A DNA stretch of 64,000 nucleotides from Chiloscyllium plagiosum (taxonomy: Eukaryota), in assembly GCF_004010195.1 (NCBI RefSeq), contig NC_057750.1, positions 18,304,362-18,368,361 of the forward strand, given 5' to 3'. How positions within the stretch are numbered: the first letter of the stretch is position 1; every line of letters begins with the position of its first letter. Below are positions 1 to 13,740 of this stretch, piece after piece. The notes under the pieces were generated by a model. It saw only the letters and a list, made by a program, of their open reading frames with translations, was not told the DNA's origin and did no database searches. The position numbers and the translations under genes were made by a program.

Positions 1-134
1 TATGAATAGGAAGGGTTTGGAGGGATATGGGCCGGGTGCTGGCAGTTGGGACTAGATTGGGTTGGGATATCTGGTCGGCATGGACGGGTAGGACCGAAGG
101 GTCTGTTTCCATGCTGTACATCTCTATGACTCTA
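1..134 (+). mobile_element. CR1-type LINE 3' end
   Basis: Nearly identical to the CR1 tail at 31349-31480; ends in a CTCTATGACTCTA tail. Confidence 0.8.
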
Positions 135-1671
135 ATTAACAGTGAGTGAAGCAATGAGGGCGCTGTCTCAGCAGTCTTCGAAGAAACATTAGAATTGTAT
201 AAAATTCTGGTTAGTTGTCATTTGAAGCACTGCGATATCATCTGGCACATTAGGAAGAGATACTTTGGCTTGGGAGAGATGTGAACACAGATTTACCAGA
301 GTGATTCAGAGCATAAAACACAAAATTTTGATGGAGGTCTAAAAATGACTTGTTTTCCCTGGAAAACGTAATCTGACTGAAGTGTTTCAGGAATTATCCC
401 GCATTAGTTCATTGTTCTGGCTTTGAGCACACATTTATTTGTCAGAGCTCAACCCTTTCCTGAACTAATTGGATGAATTAATTTTTAAGGAGCAGGGGGT
501 GTATCTGACCAAGTACAACAGTTTCCTGCAATTGACTGGTTTCCTGTTTTAACTTCAAGCACACAATGAGTTCAGTGCCAGTGGCTATGTGAATGAACTG
601 GAAATATTTTGCATGCTTATTTTGTTCGCCCCTTGCTGGAACACTGTGATAAAACAAACTGCAAAATGCTGGTTATATGAAATCAAAACAAAAAAGACTT
701 CTAAGCATACCAAAATTATATGAATCTGTAATGATACCCATCCAGGACCAATCACAAAAGTGGCAGCAACCATTCAGTTAGTAGTTCCCTCACCGCTGGA
801 AGGTTGAGGGTGGAAGGATATTTTATTCATTCATGGGACATGGATTTCGTTTTTTATGCCAGTATTTATTTCCCATCTTTAGTTTTAATTGAACGGCTGC
901 ATCCCAAGTGGTGTAGGTAGACCCAGATTAGCCGTTAGGGAGGGACATCCAGGGTTTCGGTCCAGCACCTCTGAGGGAATGGCCGTATATTTCCTGCTGT
1001 TAATATTAAAAGTGACCTTTGACTTGGGAGATGTCTGATGTAATCTCTGTCCCAATTTCATCACCTTCATCTTTGCGAGGCCTGGGGATGGAATGCCCAG
1101 AATTGATCGCCTCTGCGTTCCAAGGGAGTAGGCCTCCTGTGTTCCGAATGCCTTCATACAGCAGGTGCCGTTCTCTGATCACAACCCGATGTGAGTGGAG
1201 CTCGTTCTGTTCAGTGCCAGGGTAAGGTCCGTGTACTCACCCTTTAACAATCTGCTGCTGGAGGACGAGCGGTTCTGCATCTCATTTCGTTGGTTCTGGG
1301 TCGGGAAGGAAGCGGGGGACTTCCCCTCCTTGAGGCCTTGGTAGGATGTGGGCAAGACTCACATCTGCATCTTCTGTCACCAGCACATGTGGGAGTAGAG
1401 GAAAAGGTATAAATCCAGGATTGAGGAGTTGGCGGAAAGGCGCACGACCTGGAGTCATGCTTCAGTCAGCCTGGACTCAGGCCTGTGGGAGGCATTTAAA
1501 AAGCAGGCTGCGCTCTGTGATCTGTGAGTGCACATGTGTAGTCGCGAGTCTGGTTCCTCTGGGATCTGGACCATGGTTTCCCGCTTCTTCTGCTTGCTGG
1601 TAAAAAAAGCACGGGATCCCACGTTTCGGATCCAGGAGGCATCAGGACCCAAGTGACGGACTACTAGACAG

Positions 1672-2135
1672 TAAGGAGTGCAGATGCTGGAAGCCAGAGT
1701 CAATAGATGTGGTGCTGGAAAAGCACAGCAGCTGAGACAGCATCCGAGGAGCAGGAAAGTCAACGTTTAGGGCTGAAACCCTTCATCAGGACTGGAGAGG
1801 GGAAGGGGACCTCAGGGTTTTCGAGGGAGGGAGTTGGAGCTGGGGGAAGGGTAGGTGGGACGTTGATAGGTGGATGCAGGTGGGGTGGGTTATTGTGATT
1901 GGTCAGTGGGAAGGGTGGACTGGATAAGTGAGTGGGAAGATGGACAGATTAGATCAGGTCAGGGAGGTGAGGAGGAGGTGGAGGGCTGCACATGTGATAA
2001 GGCTGGAGGAGGAGGGATTTTGAACCTGGTGGGTAATCAATATTAAGGCCATTGGGCTGTAAGCTTGACAGACAAAATATCAGGGGTTGCTCCTCCAGTT
2101 TATGTTTGGCCTCACTCTGACAGTGTAGTGGGAAC
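1672..2135 (-). mobile_element. Penelope-like element 3' fragment with degenerate hammerhead motif
   Basis: Minus frame LEEQPLIFCLSSLQPNGLNIDY (end of the PLE endonuclease region), followed by CTGATGAAGGGTTTCAGCCCTAAACGTT. Confidence 0.75.
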
Positions 2136-2323
2136 AAGATAACATCTAGAGGCTGGACCTGAGGATCTAGCAGCAGTACCCTCAATTTTAATAATCTCAC
2201 AAGGGTGCACAAAGTCAGTGAACATGACGTCTCTTACCCAAGCAGTTGCATTCCCGGGCACTCCAGACTCACACCTAAAATATAACTTTAGTTTTCCCTT
2301 CAAACTGGTATTCTTGTGAATTG

Positions 2324-2528
2324 GGAGAAAGCAAGCCCAGCAGATGCTGGAGATTAGAGTCGAGGAGGGTGGTGCTGGAAAAGCACAGCAGGTCAGGCAG
2401 CATCCGAGGAGCAGGAAAATCAACGTTTCGGGCATAAGCCCTGATGAAGGATTTTTGCCCGAAATGTTGATTCTCCTGCTCTTTGGATGCTGCCTGACCT
2501 GCTGTGCTTTTGCAGCACTACACTCTCA
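2324..2528. mobile_element. Fold-back (inverted-arm) PLE terminal insertion
   Basis: Self-complementary arms; TSD ATTCTTGTGAATTG at 2310-2323 and 2529-2542. Confidence 0.8.
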
Positions 2529-3125
2529 ATTCTTGTGAATTGTCCTGATGTGTGCCAGTTGAAAAGCTTTGACAGAATGCACCTTTCCTCAGCAATACTT
2601 AAACATTGAACTGTCAGCTAGTGAAGACAATTCCTCATCACTGGTCTTTAGGATAGGGACATTTGAAATCGTGAAAATACAGAATGAATGGAATTTGAAG
2701 AAGCTTGGGCATGGAGGTAAATAGATCGCTAAACTGTTACAAAAAATAGTTCATATGTTTAATGGAGTGCTGGACTTTGATCTAAGAGAACTAGCAAAAG
2801 CAGGAAGTGAGAAATTACATTACAGTCTTATAAAGCCCTTATTAGACCACACGTAGGTCTTGGCACCACACAAAATATAGGTCTTGGCACCACACCTTAG
2901 AAAGAAGGGAGGGAGTGCAGTGTGGATCTACCAGAATATTACACAGGGTCCAAAGATTAATTTATAAAGGAATTAAAATGTTAATGAATGATTTGATTGA
3001 AGTTTTCTACACTGTATTGAATGCATTACCATCACTGAAACTCTTCCTATCAAAATCCTGGGCGTTATCATTTACTAGAAATTGAACTGGATCAGCCCTA
3101 TTAATACTGTGGCTACAAGAGCAGG

Positions 3126-3305
3126 GTTAACATTCACACGACATCAGGTTATAAGCCAACAGGTTTATCTGGAAGTACAGATACTTACTACTTGACAAAG
3201 GAGCAGTGCTCTAAAAGCTTGTACTTCCAAATAAACCTGTTGAACTATAACCTGGTGTTGTGTGATTTTTAACTTTGTCCACCCCAATTCAACACCGGCA
3301 CATCC
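3126..3305. mobile_element. Fold-back insertion of second PLE family
   Basis: Inverted arms (CAGGTTATAAGCCAACAGGTTTAT / ATAAACCTGTTGAACTATAACCTG); TSD-like ACAAGAGCAGG / ACAAGAACAGG. Confidence 0.7.
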
Positions 3306-3375
3306 ACAAGAACAGGTCAGAGGCTGGGAATTATTCAAGTAACTCACTTCCCCAAAGTCTGTCCACCATTTATAA

Positions 3376-4600
3376 GTGAGGTGATGCATTTTGGGGAGGT
3401 CAAATACAGAAGAAAATGTATAGTAAATGCCAGGACCTTCAGGAACATTGGGATCTTATATAAGTATAAAAGTTGGCAAGTCATGTTGCAACTGTGGTCA
3501 GGCCACATTTGGAATATTGTGCGCAGTTCTGATCACTGCACTATAGGAAGGATGTGGAAGCTTTGGAGATGGTTCTGAAATTTACTATGATGTTGCCTGG
3601 TTTGGACTGCTTTTGCTATAAAGAAAGGTTGGACAAACGTCGATTGTTTTCAATAGAGTATCGAAGGCTGAGGGGTGATCTGATAGAAGTATATAAAATT
3701 TAGAGAGGCATGGACAGGATGGATAGTTGGAGTGTCTCTCCCAGGTTCAAACACTGGGGGGATAGATTTAAAGTCAGAGAGGAAAAGATTTAAAAAGACA
3801 TGAAGGGCAACTTATTTACAGAGAGAATGCTTCTTATGTGGAATGAACTGCCAGAGAAAGTAGTGGATGCAGGTAAAGTTTAAAAGATATTTGAATAAAT
3901 AATGAATAAGAAAGGTTTGGAGGGATCTGGGCCAAATGCAGGCAGGTGGGACTAGTTTGCTTTGGGAATATTTTCAGCGTATAATAGTTGGACCAAAGTG
4001 TCTGTTTCCATGTTGTATAACTCTATGATTATGACTCTGTACAAGGAAAGGTTATTACACAGAGCATAGTAGGTGCTTGAAGCGCCCTGACAGGGGAGGT
4101 GGTAGAAGCAGACACAATAGCAAAGTTTAAGAGGCATTTAGACAAACACAGAGTCACACAGCACGGAAACAGACCTTTTGGTCCAATCATCCGTGCTGAC
4201 CAGACATCCCAATCTGACCTAGTCCCATTTGCCAGCATCTGGCCCATATCTATCTAAACACCTAAACCCTTCCTATTCATAAACCCATCTTTTAAAAATT
4301 ATAATTGTAGCTGCCTCCATCACTTTCTCTGGCTACTCATTCCATACACCCACCACTCTCTGCGTGAAAAGGTTACTCTTCAGGTCCTTTTTAAATCTTT
4401 CCTTAAACCTATATCCTCTAGTTTTGGGCTCCCTCATTCTCGAAAAAAGACCTTGGCTATTCACACTATCCATGTCACTCATACTTTTATAAGCTATAAG
4501 GTCTCCCCATAGCCTCTGACGCTCCAGGGAATAAAGCCCCAGCCTATTCAGCCTCTCCCTATAACTCAAACCCTCCAGTCCCGGCAACATCCTTGAACAG
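3376..4600. mobile_element. Cluster of CR1-type LINE 3' fragments on both strands
   Basis: Frames with MLPGLEGLSYRERLNRLGLYSLERQRL.GDLI and FTQRVVGVWNE; CTATGA tails. Confidence 0.85.
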
Positions 4601-7204
4601 GCAGGAACAGGAAGATGATGACCATGTACAGACAGGTGGGATTAGTTGAGAATAGCATCATGATTGGCACAAAAAGCACTTGTTCCTGTGCTGTTCTGTT
4701 CTATGCTCTAGGCCTGAGTGTTATTTGAATACTCCCCACTTATCCTCACTGATGCAGCTCCAGCAACACTCAAGAAGCTCGACACCATCCATGGCAATTC
4801 AGCCTGCTTTATTATCACTCCATCCACCATCTTCAACATTCACTCCCTTCACAACCAGCGCACAAAGGCAGCTGTGTGTATCATCTACAAGACATATTGC
4901 ACCAACTCACCAAGGCTCCTCCAACAGCACTTTCCAAATCTACCTAGTAAATCAAGGGTAGCTAATGCTTGGAAACACCACTACTTACAAGACAACAGCC
5001 CCCCCACCATCTCCCCACTCCCCCTCCCCAACCAAGCCTCAAAGTATTCCAACTTATAACTGTATATTTATTTCTTCAGTGTCGCTGGGCCAAAATCATG
5101 AAAAGTCCTGTCCATCTCAAAGAGGGCTCAAAGACTTCAAGAAGGCAGCTCACCACCTTCCCAAGGAGCAGTTAGGGGTGGGCAGTAAATACTTATCTAG
5201 TCTGTGGTTCCCACATTATGTGAACAAATATAAAAGTGTAGCATCAGGGAGTGCCACTTCCTCCACTCTGTAAAACAACTGTTTGGCCAGCATTCTTTGC
5301 TTTCTTTCCATGAACTTTGTAACTAAGCTGCCACCGTTCCATTCATTCCGTGAGTTTTGATGCTAACAGGTCTTTGAGATCGCTTTGCCAAATGCCTTAT
5401 ATACGCTGCATTAGCCTTAACTCTGTTATCCTCACTTCAGGAACATTTTCAAAGTGCTTGACAACGTTATTCAAACAAACTTTACTTTGCAAAAATTTGT
5501 AATGGTTTATACTTACTAAGCAATATTTTTCCAAGTGTCAATTAACTTTGTCCCCTGGCCTGAAGTTACTGAGTTATCCCTCTCCCTATTAATAAATAGG
5601 GGTGCAATGTTTGGAATCATTCAGTCCTCTGAATCACTCACATAGCGAAAGATAATTAGACAATTATAGGCAGAGCCTCTATAATTTCCAAACTTACTTT
5701 ATTAGCAAACTAGGTTGTAGCTTATCCAGACCAGGTGACCGTTCCACTTCAAATATTGTCATTTTAAAAATATATTTTCATCAGCATGTGTTCTATCTGA
5801 TCTCTACTGCTCCTCTCCTGATTCGATCTTTGAGTCTCTATTTCCTCTTGCAGTTCTCCTTTTTATTTTCTATATCAAGGCTGGTTCTCTTTCGTCTTTT
5901 GAAAAAGATAGCTGGCATAAACCTTCCATTTTTATTTCATTTTAACCTCTACAGGCAGGGGTTTAAAGGGTGCGACATGGGCTATAATGAGATGTAATGT
6001 GTGGCAGAATTGGGGGGACAAGTATCATGAGGCCCATTTTAATATGGAGATTTTATCTTGCTCCATATTTAATACTTTTCTGATGTGGGTGAGGCAAGAT
6101 TCTTGCTCGGCAATGCGAGATGCCAATTGATGGTCATTATTGATTGTTAGCAGCCAAACGCACCTCATTCATGTTCAGACTCCCATCTTACCAAACTTAC
6201 TAAATATTGATCAAACTCAACAAGGAAACCAGATTTCATTTTAACCTACATATCCAGGAAGATCAGGCTTTGGAAGACTTCATTCCCTTCTCCGAAAATG
6301 TGTCTACTCTGTTCCTAAACTATCTCCTCTTTGAAGGTACCTCCATTGTTCAATCAATATTTTTTCCATCAATTCATATGAGCCAAACATTTTTTTCCAA
6401 CTCACCGACCTTTGTTCTCCTAATGTTGAGCATTTCTGGCTTTTTCTTTCTTGTCTATTTGCATAACTGCCATTAATCTTATAATGTTACCATCACTGTT
6501 CCGCAATTGATATCCAAATCAAACATGTATTTGTTCAAACACAGTCCTCAGAACTAGATTCAGCATTATTCCCTTCCTTGATGGACTGGAAAAATGTTGT
6601 TGAAGCAATGTCTTTGCTGCACAAATTTCAGGAAGCTTCCCCACCCCCCTCCCATGCTGTAACTATCCTAGTCTGCCATATGGTCAGATAATATTATGGC
6701 AACTCATACTCACACGCTAGCAGCATTGAAGTCAAACATTATCACAAATCTACAGCTCCTTTGTCTTGTTGTAATGCGTTTTGCTCCTCTGTTCCCTTCT
6801 CATTATTTGGTGGCCTATAGATGATAGATTTGGATGGGCCCCTCCCATATCCACTGCTTTGTAATACTTTGATGAGTATTTTTATTTTATTTCAATTTTT
6901 CCATCCTATCTTTCCTAAAAAAATTGTAATCATGAATATTATAGGCATCCAATCCTTCTTTTATTTAACCAGGTCTGTTATAGTCACAATATCTTAGTAT
7001 TATATAGCAATTTCTGTTTATTCACTATTCATTCACAGGGTGTGCTCATCACTGCCAAGACCAGCATTTATTTCTCGTTTTCCAATTCTCCTGGAGAAGG
7101 TGGTAGTTTATCATCTTCAGGAATTACTGCAATCCCTTTCAGATGGCAGTTAAGAATCAGCCACATTAACGTGCATCAAGAATCACAAGTAGGGCAGGCT
7201 AGGT

Positions 7205-7975
7205 GAGGATAGACAAGCAGGAGGCTGGAAGAACACAGCAGGCCAGGCAGCACCAGGAGGTGGAGAAGTCAATGTTTCGGGGGTAACCCTTCTTCAGGAC
7301 TGGGGGTGGGTGTAAGGAGAGCTGCAGATAAAGTGAGGGGGTGGGGGAGAGTTTTGGGTGGGGAGAGTGGCGGGGTGTTGAGGTAGGGATAGATAAATAA
7401 AGGTTCAGAGTGCAACCTGATTGGTCAATGGGAGGAATGAATCTGGTTGGTAGCTGGAAGGAAGGGTTGATGAGAGGAGTTGGAAGGGAGGGGAAAGAGC
7501 TAGAAAGGGAGTCGGGGGATGGGAAGGGAGGTTATTTGAAATTGGAGACCTCAATGTTGAGTCCTCCAGGCGATAGGCTGCCCAGGCGGAAGAAAAGGTG
7601 TTGTTTCTCCAATTTGCAGTCTGATTTGCTGTGGCAATGGAGGAAGCCAAGGTTGGGAATGTTGGAAAGGGAGTGGTAAGGGAGGTCCAGCTGAGATGTT
7701 TGGCTCACTGGTGTAGAGAAGGCCACAATGGAAGCTCGGATACTATAAAGAAGGTTGGAAGAAAGGCAGGTGAACCTCAGTCTCACCTGGAAGGACTGTT
7801 TGGGGCCCTGGATAGAGGTGAGGGGTGTTATGCCAGCAGGTTTTGCATCTTTTCTGATTGCAGGGGAAGGTACCTGAGGGTTCGGGTGGTTGTGGGAAGA
7901 GTGGCATGAACCAAGGATTGGCGAAGGGAACAGTCCTTGCGGAAAGCAGAGATGGGTGGGGAGGGGAAGATAGCA
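7205..7975 (-). mobile_element. Penelope-like element fragment (GIY-YIG region plus terminal repeat with hammerhead motif)
   Basis: Minus frames FPCNQKRCKTC, GPKQSFQVRLRFTCLSSNLLYSI, LEKQHLFFRLGSLSPGGLNIE; AGTC-CTGAAGA-AGGGTTACCCCC-GAAAC-ATT-GACT near 7267-7301. Confidence 0.8.
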
Positions 7976-10399
7976 AACTTCATTCCCTAAAGAAATTTGG
8001 TGAACCAGATGCGTTTTTATAGTAATCACAATGGTTTTATGGCCCTGCTGAAGGGCTTATGCCTGAAACGTTGATTCTCCTGCTCCTGGGATGCTGCCTG
8101 ATCTTTTCCAGCACCACAATCTTAACTTTCATGGTCAATGTTGGATGAGTTTATAATTATAGATTTATTAACTGAATGTCAGTTATCTCTACAGCTATCT
8201 TGCTGGGATTTGAATACATGCTCCTGTGATATTAGCTTGTGGATTACTAGTCTGGCAACGTTACCATTATGCCAACATCTCTCCATACATATGTTTGGAG
8301 ATAGTGGTATTTACCACTACATGCATTTATACAAAGGCACTCTAAGCCCATCTTAAGCTGCCTTGTTTTACCCTATAACCGATTTCTCCTATGGCTGAAT
8401 TTCTTTTCATTCTAATGTTATTTGTTTTCTGTGCAGCTTGTTTATCTTCCCCTTTGTTAAACACTATCGGTTAAAGGTTGGTTAACCCTATCCAGGCATA
8501 TAGTTTGCCAGACAGAGTTTTATTCCAACTCACACATCACAAACCTTCAGCATTACTTATGACTTGTTTCCCGTACACATACACACAGCTAATTGCTCAT
8601 CCAACTACCCCCTAATTAATGTTGAATGATCACCCACTCAACCAGTTCCATTGGGCTCAGGCATCCCTGTCAGATGATTGCACTTTCATCCCGGGATTTT
8701 GTCCCAGTAGATTAATTTGACTTCTCTCTGTGGGATAGAAATGTTTACTCTCCCATCAAGGACATTGGTTCCCAAACACTTGATCTGCAACTAGAGCTGT
8801 TCCTAAAGGAGAAGAGGGGCCCAGACAAAGCACATTGTACTGGGCACCTTCACACACCCTGCCCCTTCAGCTTTTCCTTCTGGTTCCTCCCAAGTCTCCA
8901 TGGTCCCTGCACAGGGCTCCCCCGAATGTGGACAGTTCTGGCTGCAACTTATTTATTATGTTCAAATATCACATGTCCCCAGGCAACCCAGAACTGTGAA
9001 CCCCTCTCTCCTGCAGCTACCATGAGTTGATTGTTGGAAACCCATCTGATTCACTAATGTCCTTTAAGGAAGAAAACCACTCTCCTACAGATCTGGGCTC
9101 TAGACCCACAGCAATGTGGTTTACTCTTAATTGCCTTCTGGGCAGTTAGGGATGGGTAATAAATGCTGGCCTAGCATTTATTACCTGGCCAGTAATGCCC
9201 TCATCCCATGAAAAAAAAAGACAAAAATGAAGATGAAAACATCCCTATCATAACAGGGTCTGAGGTGTTGGGGTAGGTAAAGGTCATTGAGAAAAAAACT
9301 GCCAACACAAATTGAAGATGAGGTGCACAGAATTCCCTGGAAATTATCACTGAGGAGGGATGACCAATTTCCAATGATTTCAGCTACAACAATGAATAAA
9401 CTACCTGTTTCAGCAGAGAACAAGTTCTCTGTGAAGAAGATCCAAGAGACTGAAGATTATAATTTCTAGATGTTCTCCATTCCCTTTGCAATGTCCTGCA
9501 CATTTTCTGCAATGTCCACTACCCTGACTTCAGGGAACTCACTAGATTCACATCAGCAGCTGCCAGAACACTTGTCTCTCCCCATAACTATTGAAACTCC
9601 ATCACCACATTATTCCAATGCTTGATGATGTTCCCAAACCGCCTTATTGGCCCCTGAAATAATTCCATGAAGATCCGTATCCTGTAACCAACTCACCCTT
9701 TACTTACATGTGCACAGTACATGACTCTGACCCAGCTAGCTCAGAGCCTGCACTCGAGTGATCAGAACCCCTGAAACTCCCGTTTATATTCTGTCAGCCA
9801 GGGTTCCCTGATTGAACCAGGTTTACACACCCAATCAGGAACTCATATTTTATGAAGTCCACCTGGCTGATCTTTTTCCAATCACTGCAGTACTGTCCAA
9901 TCTCATTGTATCATGCCCTCCTTTCACACTGTCTCTGCCCTTGCCATATTCAGTACTGAAAACTGTTCTGTGAAGGCCATCCATCTGGGCCACATTTCTG
10001 TTCTCTCTCTCTCCCAATCCTGTGATGATCACAGATCTCTCAGTGGAACCAGGAAATTTTCAATTCCCATGTGACCTGACTTGGGTTGTTTACATTTGAA
10101 ATCAGAAGTGACTTTCCAGCAGTGTTTATTGTTATGAAGGGCTACAATAGAGTAACAAACCTTATCCAGTGGTTAAGGAGACTAGTTGAGATGACAATCA
10201 TTTAAAAATGATTCTTTTATGGGCTCTGAGTGTCTTCGCTGTCATTTATTGCCCATTCCTAGTTTGCCCCTTGGGAAGGTGGTAGCAAGCTACATTCTTA
10301 AACCACTGCAGTCCATGATGATGTTCTATGATTTTGTGGGAGGAACAGTTTAGGAACTTGAAGGAGACCTGGCACTTTCCAGACAATTGAGCACTTCTG

Positions 10400-11470
10400 A
10401 AATTTAAAAAAATCACACGACAACAGGTTTATTTGGAAGCACTAGTTTTCAGAGCTCCGTTCCTTAATCAGTGGTTGTGGTTGTTAAGATCATGCCCACA
10501 GAATGTATAACCAAAGGAGTCCATTGTCATGGAGATATGATATAGTAAATAATCTGAGATTAAAGCTGTCATCTTTTAGAATGGGATATACTGGTTTCTG
10601 TTCTTTGTTATGTAAATCTCAGAACTTCTTTCAAATTACATTCTCAAATTAGCTTAGTTTTTCGAACAATAGGTGTGAAGTCTGCCTGTGTCTCAGTGTT
10701 TAGTCAGACGGACAAACCCTCTGTGTAGTTTTACAGAGTTTTACATGGATTCATGCAATTTTTGAGCAAAATGAAATGTAATACTGCAAAAACAAATTCA
10801 CCCCTTAAGCTTATATGTGTGCGCAGGTAGGAGCAACAGAGTGAGCGTGCATGTGAGTGTCTGCGTGTGGGTGTGTGTGCACGTGATAGAGTGTGTGTAT
10901 ATGTGTAAGCTTGGTTAAGTGTGTGTGTCAGTGTGATGGGGTTAGTGTGGGGGGTGTATTTGTGTGTATATGAGAGAGAGCTTGTGTGTGAGGGAGGGTC
11001 TGCGTGGTTGAGTGTGTGAGCATGTAAGAGTGCCTGTGTATGTGTGTTTGTGTGTGAGTGTATAGTGCAGTGGGGTCACCTATAGTGTAACATGAACCCA
11101 AAGTCCCGGTTGAGGCCATCCCCATGGATATGGAACTTGGCTATCAGCTTCTGTTCAACCATTCTGCATTGTTGCTTGTCCCGAAGTCCACCTTGGAGGA
11201 TGGTCAGCTGAAGGTCCGAGGCCGAATGTCCCTGACTGGGAGGGAACACGCCTGCGTGGTGATTGTTGTGCAGTGTCCATTCATCCGTTGCTGTAGCCTC
11301 TGCTTGGTCTCACCAATGTACCATGCCTCAGGGCATCCTTGCCTGCAGCATATGAGATAGACATTGTTAGCTCTCTGAAAGCTAGTGCTTCCAAACAAAC
11401 CTGTTGGACTATAACCTGATGTTGTATGATTTTTAACTTTGACCACCCCAGTCCAACACAGGCACCGCCA
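10400..11470 (-). mobile_element. Penelope-like element (family 2) 3' fragment with GIY-YIG remnant, (CA)n-rich tract and inverted terminal arm
   Basis: Minus frame NVYLICCRQGCPEAWYIGETKQRLQQRMNGH; terminal arms at ~10400-10470 and ~11370-11470 are inverted. Confidence 0.8.
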
Positions 11471-11474
11471 AGTA

Positions 11475-11850
11475 GTCACTGCTCTAATATAAGAAATGTG
11501 GCAAACAATTTGCATACAGCAATCTCCCACTTACAACAAAGTGACCAGTTCATCTGTTTATGTGATGTTGATTGAAGGATAAATATTGGCCTGGACTCTG
11601 GGGAAAACTCGACTATTCCTATTTGAGTACATGTCATGGGACTTACCAGAGGGTAAGGTTGGTATCTTAAGAGAAGATCTGTGTATTGGCAATATTATTC
11701 AATAGAATAATCTGATCTCATGACAGTTGTTCAGGGAGAAATATTCCCTTTTAAGAGAACACCCCACGAGCAGTGCAGCATTCCATTGGTTTCAGTGTCC
11801 GTCAAGTTTATGTATTCAAATTCTCTGAGTCTAACCCTTAATATTAAATC
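11475..11850 (-). mobile_element. Degenerate Deu-domain-type SINE
   Basis: Resembles the SacSINE/AmnSINE-like core (GATAAATATTGGCC..., CAGTGCAGCATTCC). Recognised from memory, no search run. Confidence 0.5.
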
Positions 11851-12244
11851 TTATGATCAGGAGAGAAGAATATGGTCTCTCAACTATGGCTGATGCCTCA
11901 GTAAACAATAAGCACAATAAACATGGGAATAAACAGTGTCATGGTCTTGATTTGTCAAAATCAAATCTCCAAAGACTGCACCGTGCCTCAGCTGGTGAAG
12001 GGAGTATGCAATAAACTGTACAGAGCTGGTGGACTCAGCTTCAACTCTCACTTTGTGTAAAGCTGTGTACTTTGTGCACCTGATGACAATGTCAGTGTCA
12101 AAGGAGTTAATTTATTCACCAGGTCACCATTTCATAGGAGAGCAATGACAGCTCTCCTTGGTGTCCTGACCAATATTTCTCCCTGAACAACTGTCATGAG
12201 ATCAGATTATTCTATTGAATAATATTGCCAATACACAGATCTTC
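11673..12244. repeat. Perfect 73-bp inverted repeat with 426-bp spacer
   Basis: 11673-11745 is the exact reverse complement of 12172-12244. Confidence 0.95.
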
Positions 12245-12320
12245 AGACTGACTGCTCTACTCTCACCTTGATACTTCACAGCTTTCTCTCATCCTCTCAG
12301 CAAAACCATCAACATTTTTT

Positions 12321-12616
12321 GATTAGATTACAGTGTGGAAACAGGCCCTTCAGCCCAACAAGTCCACACCGACCCGCCGAAGCACAACCCACCTATACCC
12401 CTACATTTACCCATTACCTAACACTACGGGCAATTTAGCATGGCCAATTCACCTTCCCTGCATATCTTTGGACTGTGGGAGGAAACCGGATCACCCGGAG
12501 GAAACCCACGCAGACACGGGGAGAATGTGCAAACTCCACACAGTCAGTCGCCTGAGGCGGGAATTGAACCCGAGTCTCAGGCGCTGTGAGGCAGCAGTGC
12601 TAACCACTGTGCCGCC
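12321..12616 (-). mobile_element. HE1-like V-SINE
   Basis: tRNA-like head, V-domain (GAGTTTGCACATTCTCCCCGTGTCTGCGTGGGTTTCCTCCGGG), (TAATC)n tail. Confidence 0.85.
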
Positions 12617-13549
12617 TTACCTCCTTCTCTTCACTCTTCTCTTCTCTCTGTTCACCATATCAACAATATTCACTTCAAACTCTCATTGTGGTCATGAGTT
12701 CCATTTTTTTTATTCATTTGTGGGAAGTGGGCATCACTGGCTGGCCAGCATTTATCGGCCAACCCTGATGAAGGGCTTTTGCCCAAACATAGATTTTCCT
12801 GTTCCTCGGATGCTGCCTGACCTGCTGTGCTTTTCCAGCACCACATAATTTTGACTCTGAACTCCAGCATCTGCAGTCCCCATTTCTGCCCAGCATTTAT
12901 TGTCCATTCCTAGTTGCCTTTGAGAAGGTGGTGGTGAGCTGCCTTCTTAAACCCTCACAGTTCACATACTGTAGGTTGACCCCTAATACTTTTAGGGTGG
13001 GAATCCTCACCACCCTTTGGGTAAAGGGGTTTTTATTGAATGCATCAGTAGATTTATTCGTGATTATCTGACATGATTCAAGAAAAACATATTGGTCCAT
13101 TCAAACTCAGTGACCTCACTGGCACCAAACATAAAAGTACATACAGGAGAGAACTGCACCAGCCTGCACTGCATTTGATAAAATTATGGTTGATAGAATC
13201 ATGGTCATAGGGTCATAGAGTTATACAGCACAGAAACAGACCCTTAGGTCCAACCTTAGGCTGAACATAATCCCAAACTAAACTAGTTCTACCTACCTCC
13301 TGGCCCATATCCCTCCAAATCTTTTCTATTCATGAGCTTAGCTAAGTATCTTTTAAACATTGTAACTGTGCCCCACATCCACTGCTTCCTCAGGAAGTTC
13401 ATTCAACACATGTACCAATCTCTGTGCTGAAGATTTGCCCTCATATCTCTCCTTAAAGATATTCCTTCCCCCCCCCACCCCCACCCCAAGTCTTGAAATC
13501 CCCATCCTAGGGAAAACACACTTACCATTAGCCTATCTTAAAGAAACAG

Positions 13550-13740
13550 AGAGAAAGTGAGGGCTGCAGATGCTGGAGATCAGAGCTGAAAATGTGTTGC
13601 TGGAAAAGCGCAGCAGGTCAGGCAGCATCCAAGGGACAGGAGAATCGACGTTTCGGGCATAAGCCTGAAACGTCGATTCTCCTGTTCCTTGGATGCTGCC
13701 TGACCTGCTGCGCTTTTCCAGCAACACATTTTCAGCTCAG
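13550..13740. mobile_element. Fold-back PLE terminal insertion
   Basis: Near-perfect palindrome centred on GGGCATAAGCCT (~13660); TSD TATCTTAAAGAAACA on both sides. Confidence 0.85.

Noticed and set aside
2854..2896. 24-bp tandem duplication TAGGTCTTGGCACCACAC
   Set aside because: Ordinary slippage inside a decayed CR1 fragment.
12333..12848. 171-aa ORF and similar ORFs at 37187, 49037 and 60330
   Set aside because: Translations of V-SINE and PLE terminal sequence, not genes.
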